Assembly: GCA_001724265.1 (NCBI GenBank) | Contig: MEDY01000161.1 | Coordinates: forward strand, 1-64,000 | Direction: 5' to 3' | Length of the DNA stretch: 64,000 nucleotides | From: Rhizaria sp. SCN 62-66 | Taxonomy: Eukaryota | Shown: positions 13,970 to 25,475 of the stretch, piece after piece | Numbering within the stretch: position 1 is the stretch's first letter | How the letters are laid out: every line of letters begins with the position of its first letter | Position numbers and translations under genes: made by a program | The notes under the pieces: generated by a model | The model's database searches: none | What the model saw: only the letters and a program-made list of their open reading frames with translations | What the model was told of the DNA's origin: nothing

Positions 13970-14520
13970 CGTGGCAAACTCACAGTTCTAATTAGAATTG
14001 TAAGCGCCGCACTTAGAGGACAGCGGCGGGCTTGCCACGATTCCTTTTTCCAAAGTTGTCTCATGGCTTTCCGGCACGCCACCTGCCTCTGACCGAGGGG
14101 CTGTGTGGCCCTTACCACTTGAACCGCTCCCCGCCCCCTCGGCATGCTATTAACGCTGCTTTGGGGACCGGCGTAGATTGTGTTAGGACGGTTTGATAGC
14201 AAACAGGGGCGTTGATGTGCACGTAGTGTGGCCTTCTTGGCGGTAGTCCGCTCTCTCCATGCCCCCAAGTGCCCGGGACGGGAATGGGAAAAAAGCAGCG
14301 AGGCAGCCGAGCTGGCCCTTACAGGGAAATGGACGCCATATGCAAGGTAGAGAGCCGCGTGGACTAATAAAGAAGCGTTAATGAGCCAAACCTATAGATC
14401 TAGGCCCGAGTTGCTCTTTGTGCTCTATCTCTGCGCCTATACGGCGCACGGTTCAGACCGAGAAAGTAACCTCGGCTTCTCCTGCCACGAGCTAAAGCTC
14501 GAACATCGTTTTCGGGCCCT
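13970..14520 (-). ncRNA. Putative structured non-coding RNA, family unassigned
   Basis: Many 6-14 bp helices including a three-way junction. G-U pairs mostly favour the minus strand. No credible ORF. Confidence 0.35.
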
Positions 14521-15078
14521 ATCCCCAGCCATTTTCTTTCCATCTATCGACCCGAAACTAAGATATATGATACCTAAGCTCACTTAATACCCTGACAAAT
14601 AATAAATTTCGCCAAAATAATCTCACCAGTCACGAAAACCTCGTTTACCTCTGCGCTCTGAGAACGCCTCTTAAAAAAACGCCAGTGGTGGAGGGTCCTA
14701 CTGTCGTGGACAAAAAACGACGTCGTCTCTGCTTTTATCGGTCCGCTGTCTGGCTGCTGTCTGGCTGGCTGGTAAGTCAGTCGCTCGTTACTGTTGGACT
14801 ATAAAAGACGCAAGTGCAGTCACGTCTACCGTCGTCACTTTGCGTTGTTAAACCGACTATGTATTTTCAAACACGTTTTGTTTTATATTTCGTCATAGTA
14901 TCCTCACAGGACCTTGTCTTGCCTCTCATTTCCACCGCTAAAGTCAGCCTCACTTCCACTCTCGACAACACCAAGAGTCGAAAGCATAGCACGTCTCCGC
15001 TCAGACCCTCGCTCATCTCCAACAACTCCCTGGCTCCCCCCGAAGCTTGACTGGTTGCTATTGTTTTTCATTGCTGCG

Positions 15079-16866
<1,788 letters not shown>

Positions 16867-17078
16867 GTGACCGAACATCAAAAAGCAAGCAAGAACTTGA
16901 CTTGAAGACTCAAGTTTAAGTTCGCTATAGCGCGATCACTCCAATTATCTAGACATGATTATGGTTATATAGACACAAAATTTTAATTAAATACATTTTC
17001 TAACGTTTATTCTTTAAAACTGCACATTATACTAATATCTTGGCATTTGCAGCCACTTATCGGTCAACCCACCAGTCC

Positions 17079-19634
17079 TCAATCACTCTCAGAGTCACTA
17101 CTACTGTCATCATTATGATCGTTAGTACTCCCGAAACAAATACCAATTTCGTCCGCCACATCTCCCATTACCTGCGCTGCAAACCGGATCTCAGTTTCTG
17201 AATGTGCAGCTGACACGCATAACCGTGCGCGCGCGCTGAGAATCGGCACTCCAGGATATCCAGCCACGACCACGGCGACACCCCGCTCCTGCACGCCCCG
17301 TGCAAACGCCGCGAGCGCTGCAGGAGTGTACAACACAACAGCTAGCACAGGGCAACCGCGGTCTGCAAGCACATGGAGCCCGCGCGCGCGCAGTAGTTTC
17401 CGCAAAAGGGCTGTGTTGCGGCGCAATCGAGCCAAGCGAAGTGCTGCTGCAGCTGAGGGCCTGCCAGGAAACTCTACCACGCTCTGCAGAGCGTTAATCT
17501 CACCCACCTGCACACAGTCACCTGTCACCGCAGTATTCCCATCCCATGAGCTCTTTGGCCTCCCCTCCCTACTGTTGAAGCTACTGCTGTTGCAGTTGTT
17601 GCTGTTGTTGCTGTTGTTGCCGCATCCAACAAGTTCTTCAAGTGCTGCAACAGCTTGCGCGACGACAGGCGGAGACAGTGCCGCACCGCCCGCCGCTGTG
17701 ACGGCACATCGAGAGCGCACAAACGCTACGGTACGCGCAGGCCCTGCGATATACCCACCTGTAGCACCAAACGCCTTGCTAAGCGAGCCCGCCACAAGTG
17801 CGATGGAAGCGGGGGACACACCAGCAGCTTCGCAGGCGCCGCGCCCGTTGAAACCCACAGAACCGGCTGAGTGGGCTTCGTCCAAGTACAAGTGACACCC
17901 GTAGCGACGCGCGATGGCGGTTAAACTGCGCAATGGACACAGGGCACCATCCATAGAGTAGAGGCCCTCCACTGCAACAATAATTCGACGCCACGGCACA
18001 ACACGCGTCTTACGCGAAGTAGTTTCATTTGACGTGCAGTCACTTGCTTGCTTTGATAGACCTTTGCGTGACAATAGTTGCATGTTCGCGAGTGTGATCT
18101 CGTGAGCAAAGGGTTCACTGCCCCACGGTGTGTCGCTGGAAGGCGGCTTGACTTCTTTCCCTGAGCGCGGCTTAACTTCGCGTCCCTTTAGGATCGCATC
18201 ACGCACAGCAGCTTCAAGCGCAGTAGCATTGTTATGCGCAAAAGACCTGCTTTCAGCGCCCGCAGCTGCTGCGCCAGCTTTGAGTGAAGTGTGACACCTT
18301 TCGTCGTAGAGTAGCAGAGCACCACTACAGCTATCTTCATCTTCACTGTTGTCGTGATTGTCACTGTTATAACAGTTGCCGTCTGTGATATGACTAGAGT
18401 TGCGGCTCTTGTTGTTGTAATACGCCCCTAAAAGAGCAGGCAGCACTGCTAGATTTGTCGAGTATCCAGATGGACACAGCATCGCTGCCTCTTGTCCGTG
18501 TAGCTTTGCCAACAGCTGTTCCAGCCGTAAGTGCAGCGACGTTGCGCCGACACCGTCACTGACGTTTTGGCCGAGTTCGTCAACGCAGACTGTACGCTGC
18601 TGGCTAACTCCGCTATCATCGGGACTGTTTGTGTTTAAGCAAACGGGCTTATCAACATGAGTGTGGTTGTGCTTGTGACTGATAGCCGTACTATAAGCAC
18701 CAGAGGGAGCACAGGCTGTCACGCCATACTGCTCTAATGCGGCCATAACAGCTCTGCGGCTGCGTTGACCCACTGCATCCTGCTCACAGTCACTCTGTTC
18801 ACAGTCACTTGACTCACGTGTTGCTGCTGTTGCGCTCTTACGTCGGTCAACCATCTGAGCATCAGTTGCGGGAGATTGAGCTGAAGTTAGGCCGGAACGC
18901 GGCTTAATAAAAGCTACTGCGGGTGAGACTGTGGGCACCAGTCCCAGATAGTTATACGAGCCTAGATTAACGCACGCTACTGCACGTCCTGTTAGCTCTG
19001 CTTCTAGACTGTAACACGTTGTAAACCTCCGCACGGCACTGACTACACCACTCAGTGACAAGAACGTCTTCGTAGCGGTCTCAGACCTTGACTCAGAAGA
19101 AACAGACTGTAATTTGGGTGAGCGTAATAGTGACGCCGTACAAGGACCTGCGGGATCTGCAACTGAGACGGGTGATTTAGGTGCGCGTAATAGCAGAGTG
19201 GCGCGGGGGCCAGGAGGGCCAGCGACTGGGATATGGAAGCAATCGTGCACGCGGCCATATGTCCGTCGTGTGATAAAATCATCAATTCCGCCTACTAACG
19301 GCGGCAACGCGATTTCTTCAGTCAGCACCGTGGCTTTGTGTGAGTGGGCCACGCAGCAGCAGCGAGAGAGGAGTGATGAGGCGGTCGTGTGGAGCTTGGT
19401 GATGAGGTAAGAGGCGATATCACGGAGTAAACCGGAGATAAGGAGTAGCAGCCAGCCTAGAACAGTTACCACAGCCACATATATAGGCGGACGCGGAGTA
19501 GGGGCGCGGGAAAAGAGCTCACGTGTGTCATCATCGTTGTTGCTACGCTTGCTGTGTGTCAAAGGCGTGCGGGAGCCAGCGGAAGCGGCGGTGGCGTCGC
19601 ACCGGCGCGGAGACATATGCGGCTTCTTTGGCAT
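17079..19634 (-). CDS. LCB2: Serine palmitoyltransferase catalytic subunit (LCB2/SPTLC2-like; AOS-family PLP enzyme) with large insertions, 851 aa
   Basis: N-terminal hydrophobic helix, YGRVHDCFHIPVAGPPG, CVNLGSYNYLG, HTSL, FAHNN, VEGLYSMDG, LYLDEAHS, PLP-Lys in GSLSKAFGATGGY, and VVVAGYPGVP..RARLCVSAAH. Confidence 0.85.
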   Translation of the reverse strand: MPKKPHMSPRRCDATAASAGSRTPLTHSKRSNNDDDTRELFSRAPTPRPPIYVAVVTVLGWLLLLISGLLRDIASYLITKLHTTASSLLSRCCCVAHSHKATVLTEEIALPPLVGGIDDFITRRTYGRVHDCFHIPVAGPPGPRATLLLRAPKSPVSVADPAGPCTASLLRSPKLQSVSSESRSETATKTFLSLSGVVSAVRRFTTCYSLEAELTGRAVACVNLGSYNYLGLVPTVSPAVAFIKPRSGLTSAQSPATDAQMVDRRKSATAATRESSDCEQSDCEQDAVGQRSRRAVMAALEQYGVTACAPSGAYSTAISHKHNHTHVDKPVCLNTNSPDDSGVSQQRTVCVDELGQNVSDGVGATSLHLRLEQLLAKLHGQEAAMLCPSGYSTNLAVLPALLGAYYNNKSRNSSHITDGNCYNSDNHDNSEDEDSCSGALLLYDERCHTSLKAGAAAAGAESRSFAHNNATALEAAVRDAILKGREVKPRSGKEVKPPSSDTPWGSEPFAHEITLANMQLLSRKGLSKQASDCTSNETTSRKTRVVPWRRIIVAVEGLYSMDGALCPLRSLTAIARRYGCHLYLDEAHSAGSVGFNGRGACEAAGVSPASIALVAGSLSKAFGATGGYIAGPARTVAFVRSRCAVTAAGGAALSPPVVAQAVAALEELVGCGNNSNNSNNCNSSSFNSREGRPKSSWDGNTAVTGDCVQVGEINALQSVVEFPGRPSAAAALRLARLRRNTALLRKLLRARGLHVLADRGCPVLAVVLYTPAALAAFARGVQERGVAVVVAGYPGVPILSARARLCVSAAHSETEIRFAAQVMGDVADEIGICFGSTNDHNDDSSSDSESD

Positions 19635-20895
19635 GAAACCAGGGCTGAAAAGAATATTATTCAGCCCACTTTTAGATCAAACTTGTTTCTGCTATGGAAC
19701 GCTTTAGAAATACGAAAATATGAAGAAAAGATGCACCGGCCGCGTGAGAATGAAGGCGAAGCAAGAGGTGTTGGAGTCGTTGCCGAGCAAGTTATCGGAA
19801 ACGCAAACCCCGACTTTTATCATCGTGATTATAGAATTTTCAAATAATATTTCAAGATATCAGCTTATTTAACTTTGGTTACAACTGCAATTTGAAATCA
19901 AACGTCGCAAATCACGGAGATATTCAGCAATAACAAATACTTCAGTGATGACGAAAAACAAGAAACAAACAGCTGTATCATCGAGTGGACTCCATGTAAC
20001 TGATTAGCGCATTTATATTGTTGAGTATGATATAACTTGGGTCTATACTTTTATCATCGCATAATTTTTGTTTACATGACTTATCTGTACATATTTTATC
20101 CCTTGAAACAGCAGTCCCTATAGCAAACAGCTCTTGAAGATGTTCACACCATGGCATATCTTGCGTATATAAAGAGCTATCTTAGATCTGACATTTTATT
20201 ATGCGTTTAAACAATATTTTAATCAACATATTGCATTTATACGACGATATATAATGACGATCAAGCATGGCAGCATGTCACGGGCAATTTTGCTGTCGGC
20301 AAATTTGCTCGTGGCTGGTGCGCGGCGCGACGGGCGCTTTTGTTGAGCAGCTTCGCGATTGACTTATATTGCGGTGAATCCTCCGTTAATTGGAGGTTTT
20401 CGCCTACTTCCCAAAACAACTCGTGTATATATATTTATGCATATTAATTATATTTCAAAATACTCTTATTGAATAACGAAGTTCACTTTTTCCGATCACC
20501 GTCGTCCGACGAGTCACTGCCACGCCCACACACTCCTTCCTTTTCTCCCGTCACTCTCACTTCATCTTCTTTCCCCCACATCTCTCGCCTTAGCACGCCA
20601 TCATCCCGCAACTGCACCCTTTCCGAGGCATGCTCCAGTGTTTGCTTTGCGCGATATAACCACTCTGACGCATCCCCCTCCCAATTGTTTGTCTTTAGTC
20701 GTGACCGTCGCCCGCCCGTTGCCTACCCCCGGTGATCGACTCAAGTCAAACACGCTCGTCTCTTCTGACCCAACTGCGCGCCATCGCTAGAACACTGCTT
20801 GACAGCCACGTTTTCGAGTGGTCTGTTGAGTTGGTCTTCTTGGCCCTGCAGAAACGATGATTCGCGCAAATTAGTTCCTCGAAGCTATCTTTAAC

Positions 20896-22943
20896 ATGCT
20901 CACATTGGGTACGCTACCACGCGCTCTTTCTGACCTTTAACACTTCCCCTCTCTCTTTCACGCCAACCTATTATTGCTTGAGCATTGTTGCCCTTTGCTT
21001 GAACCACGCATATTCGAAACTTCAACACACAGCTCGCAATCGTTTCATCTTGTGTGCAACTTTTGTGATTGCGTTGCGTTTCGCCACAGTCACGTGTTAT
21101 GCTTATGCTCACTCAACCATTATGACTTTATCTCATATCCCTTTTTTTCTTCTTAGTCGGCGGCCTTGTGCTGCTCGTTATTGAGTTTATTTCTAGTGAA
21201 AGCGTTTTCCTCTGGCTCCAAACCCCCGGCGGACCTGCCGTACGTGCCTTTTTCGTCATCTCAGTCTGTTTCCACGTGCTTTATCTACACCACATGCTCG
21301 CTGGCCCCTGTCTCCGCTCCGGCAGCGCCCCCGCACTTGCCCGCGCACGCGCGCACGCCCACGCCAAACGCGGTGTCGGCGGCGGTTTAATGCAAGGCGT
21401 CGTTCTGCTACACTTGGTCGTGATCTTCTTCCTGCTTGTCTGTGCTTTCACGGGACAGGATGCTGCTTTATCCATGATCACAATGTGTTTGAGTGAGCTT
21501 GCTAACGTTCCGCACACTCGCCGGACTCTGTCGGCGATTGCGCGTGAAGCTGTTGCAGCTGAAACCGCCGCCGCCGAGGCCGCTGCCGCTGAGGCGACCG
21601 CCGCTGCCGAGGCAGCAGCAGCAGCAACAACGGCTGCGCAATGCACCGATGAAAGCAGCCACAGCATCGACAGCTCTAGCAGCGACAGTAGCGATACCAA
21701 TAGCAATTGCAATAGCTCCGGCACTAACAGCCATGGCGACGAAGCCAACCCTGCCAATGCCACTGCCTCTGCCACTGCAACTGCAACTGTGACTCGTAAA
21801 GCAGCACATTCTACAACAGCTGTGGCCTCACCTGCAACTGCGTCTGTGCCTGTAGTGCCGACTGTGCAGTTATCACGCACCAAACTGACTTTGGCTGTAT
21901 TGCGCGCGCTCTGGACTTTCTTCTTCGCCTCTGCAATCGCCCCTTCGTCGTCTTTTTTGCAGCTCACTGCGTCTCACGGCAACGGCGGCCTTCTGACCGG
22001 AACTACGAGCAGCGGCAGCCACAGCAGCGGTCGCAGCCACGGCCACGGCCATCGGGCTTATGAGGACTCTGGACTGGTCAGCAGCGGCAGCACTGGCGGC
22101 GCGGGTGCGCAACGGAGGAATGCGCGCAGCGGCAGCGTCAGTCTGAGCGCCAACAGCACTGCGAAAGGCAAGGGTGCTGTTGCTGGCTCTGCTAATAATG
22201 CAGCTGCTGTTCTGGTTGGTTCTGGTAAGGACGGCAGTGGTGGGACGAAGAAGGTTCCGCTCACCCGAACTAGCAGTGGCAGCGCTATTCCTGAGCACCG
22301 AAGCAACAGCAAGAGCAACAACAACAACGATAATGTCAACGAAAACGACACTATCGATGACGGCTCAAACGACAATGATGATGACGACGACGACGAAAAC
22401 GACGGTGACGATGTGTTTGACTCGAGCACAGACAGTCGCACTGCCCCGATGAACACGCCACAAACGCACTCGCAGAGTCAGACGGCGACCGCGAGTGCAA
22501 ACAGGTCTGGTTTGCTTGCTGCCCGCGTTCGCCGTCAACAGCAAGTTTTACGCCGGACAGCGCACGGCATCGTGATCGCCACCGACTCTGACGGCTGCTA
22601 CTCGCAAGGAACCTACTCCAGCGGCTTATATTCGGGGTCCGGAACAAGCTCCGGTGGCGGCAGCAGCTCTGGCGGCCGCCGCGGATGGCGCAGCTCGGGC
22701 AGCTCAGGCCGCGGCGGCCGCAGGGGCGCGGGGGGGCCGCCAGACGTGCCTGTCCTGCTCATGTTTGTCCTTTCACGGCTCTCAATCGTGTACTTCACTG
22801 CGCATGTTGTTTTGCCTTACGCGGCGCTTGATGCGACGCGGTTGGGGCACGTGTTGTATATTCTTGTCGCGATTGCAGGCCTGGTTGAAGGATGCCACTT
22901 GCGGGATGCACCACGTGCGCTGTCGTTCTTCCGCATGTACTGA
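20896..22943 (+). CDS. TLC (TRAM/LAG1/CLN8)-domain-like membrane protein; exons 20896-20908 and 21157-22943; true N-terminus uncertain
   Basis: Hydrophobic helices carrying YLHH, CLSELANVP and FVLSR in TLC-like order, split by a long low-complexity insert. The GTACGC...TTCTTAG intron joins in frame (MLTL-V-GGLVLL). Confidence 0.55.
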
Positions 22944-23787
22944 GAAATGACCGTGGACAGCAATGTTTAGTTTATTGTTTCATGACTTAAGTTGATTATT
23001 ATATTTGAACTTCATTTTGTTTATTCTCTTAGTATGGGGATACTCCTCTCCCCCGCAGTGTGATCATCGTTGGTGTTGTGACGACGACTGACAGTGGCAA
23101 ATGACTGGCCATGTCGCATCTATTTATAAGCATGCAATAGCAACGAATCAATTCAATACATAGCTACTTTTCCTTTCAAAACGATCATCCACCGTATACG
23201 ACACTGAATGTAGCGAACAATGCATCTTAAGCAGCTTTCGTAGCTAGACTGGATTTGACTCAAAATCACTAGCCAAAACGAGGGCGACGACGAGAGTGCT
23301 TCAAAGGAGCGTCGCCACCATCACAATCGTCGTCGTCGTCGTCGTTGTCGTTGGTGCTATTGCTGTTGTTGTTCTCAGTGATAAACGCATCAATACCCTC
23401 ATGAGTACCCTCATAGGTACTGCGGCGCTGCACGATAAGCTCGCGAATTTCATCACTCATAGCAAATCAATGCCCTTGTAATTTTGACAGCCGAGATATC
23501 GTCTTTCACAAAACAGCTCCGCTTACGTGCGATAATACAAAAGAACGTGACTTGAATAAATACTGTACATTATGTATCAACAAATCAACGCCATCAAATA
23601 GACGTATATCAAACTTGGAGAACAAAAAGAAAGCAAAGAAAGCAAATCACGGCTTTGTCCAGAGCGGCAACACATTACTCGCTATACACTCGCACTGGAC
23701 GGGGAGGACACTTAGTTAAAACATTATTTTCTTCTTCTTCTTCTTCTTCTTCTTCTTAACACTAAGAGCGCACGGCCATATGTGGTC

Positions 23788-24714
23788 TCAGGCGAGCTGG
23801 TTATACATAGCGCGTAATTTTTCACGCGCCGCCTGTTCACGCTTCTCCTGCTCCCCGCCGTCCCCATCGCGCTTCAAACGGATCCTCTGCCCAGTCAAAC
23901 TACTGTACCGTTTCTCATCTTCTTCGTTATCAGACGACGAAGATGACGAGCCATCGTCGAACGCACTCCGCACACGGGGTTCTTTGCCCTTTTTATCCTT
24001 TTTATCGCGTGTTTTGTCCTTTTTGTCGTTTTTCTTGTCGCTGCGGCGGCGGTCACTGCGGTCGCGATCGCGCTCACGGTCACGCTCACGGTCACGCTCA
24101 CTGCGGTCACGGCTGCGGCTACGGCTGCGGCTCCGGCTGGGACTGCGGCTATGCCGGCGGCGGTGGCGGCGGCGGCGGTTACTGCTACTGCGGCTGCGGC
24201 GGCGGCTGCGATCACGGTCACTACCACTACTGCCACTGCCACTACTGGGACTTCGGCTGCGGCTTCGACTTCGACTGCGGCTTCGGCTACGGCTGCGGCG
24301 GCTCTGATAGTGATGACGACGACGACGCCGGTGGCCGCTGCTGCGCCCACTGCGACTGCTGTCCCGATGACGGTCACTGCGATCACGGCTGCGGCTCCGG
24401 CTGCGGCTACGGCTACGGCTGCGGTCGTTGCGATCGTTTGAGCGCTTAGGACTGCGGCTACGGCTGCGGATATGGCTGCGGCTATGGCTGCGGCCAGGGC
24501 TGTGACTCTTTGAGCGAGAGCGCGAGCGTGCGTGTGAGTCAGTGCGAGCGTCGGAGAGGCGAGGGGGTTCAGATCGACGAGCGGGATCAGAGGAAGAACC
24601 AAGTTCAGTAGAAGAAGAAGGCTTGTCTGTGACCAGCGGCGGCGCGGCCTCAGCCTCGCCAACGGCGGGCTTGCCGGCCGGAGAGCGGGAGCGAGAGCGA
24701 GAGCGAGACGCCAT
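23788..24714 (-). CDS. Arg/Ser-rich (RS-domain) nuclear protein, 308 aa
   Basis: RS/RD/RE dipeptide runs, a Lys-rich segment and a short non-repetitive C-terminus (SSLTGQRIRLK...REKLRAMYN). ATG to TGA. Confidence 0.75.
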   Translation of the reverse strand: MASRSRSRSRSPAGKPAVGEAEAAPPLVTDKPSSSTELGSSSDPARRSEPPRLSDARTDSHARSRSRSKSHSPGRSHSRSHIRSRSRSPKRSNDRNDRSRSRSRSRSRSRDRSDRHRDSSRSGRSSGHRRRRRHHYQSRRSRSRSRSRSRSRSRSPSSGSGSSGSDRDRSRRRSRSSSNRRRRHRRRHSRSPSRSRSRSRSRDRSERDRERDRERDRDRSDRRRSDKKNDKKDKTRDKKDKKGKEPRVRSAFDDGSSSSSSDNEEDEKRYSSLTGQRIRLKRDGDGGEQEKREQAAREKLRAMYNQLA

Positions 24715-25475
24715 TGTGGATCAGCGGTGACGCCTCCGCAGACTCCAGGAAGAAGGAGAGAGTCGGTGAAACGTGTGGGATTCCGTGAGGCTGCGACCTG
24801 CAACTTCTCAGTGCTCACCAATATCAGACGGGTCTGGTAAGCGCTATTAGAGTGATACAAATGCGCGAAAGGCGCAGACCACCATGGAGAAGTGTGAGGC
24901 CGTGGCGCGTCAAGGGCGCGGGCCGGGCAGGAGCGGTTGCGGCATCCCGGAGAGGTGACGGCAGGCCACCGCGGTGGGGACAGGGACAAGGCAGACGAGA
25001 GGGGTAGAGTGTGAGTTCCACTGATAGCTTTGAAGGAAACAAACCAAATAATTAGAAAATAAAGTACAAAATATCTTCATAAATCGCAATCTCTGCGCTA
25101 AACAACGATGTATATTGTGACTTTGAGGTGCGCTTTAGTATAGGTGTGACCGTTCAGTTCGGGGCGGTGGCTCGCGCCCAGCCAAGTTGGGGGTTTCTTT
25201 TCCAATACTTGGCGAAGCTGCATGTCGACAAATAGACGTGTATTCAAACTATGTACTTTAATTCTCACGCACGTATTCTATCCCTATTTAATTCTTCCGA
25301 ATTTTCTGACTAGCCTCTCAAATCCACTCCATCAACCGCCTCCTTTGCCCTCTCTCGCCTTCCCGCTATCCCAGCACTCTCCCCCGCACCCTTTTACACA
25401 CCTTCTCCCTTCCACACATCCGTCGCACTGCTCTGCGATCTGTTTTTTTGCGTGCGCGCCGCGTGACGTGACGTG

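Noticed and set aside
23269-23460. 63-aa acidic ORF ending TAG-TGA
   Set aside because: Upstream frames are closed and no homology is recognisable. It is not usable as a gene or as evidence on TAG.
23895-24989. 364-aa alternative-frame ORF and antisense ORFs over the RS gene (likewise the many antisense ORFs over other GC-rich genes)
   Set aside because: Shadow ORFs caused by GC-rich repetitive coding sequence.
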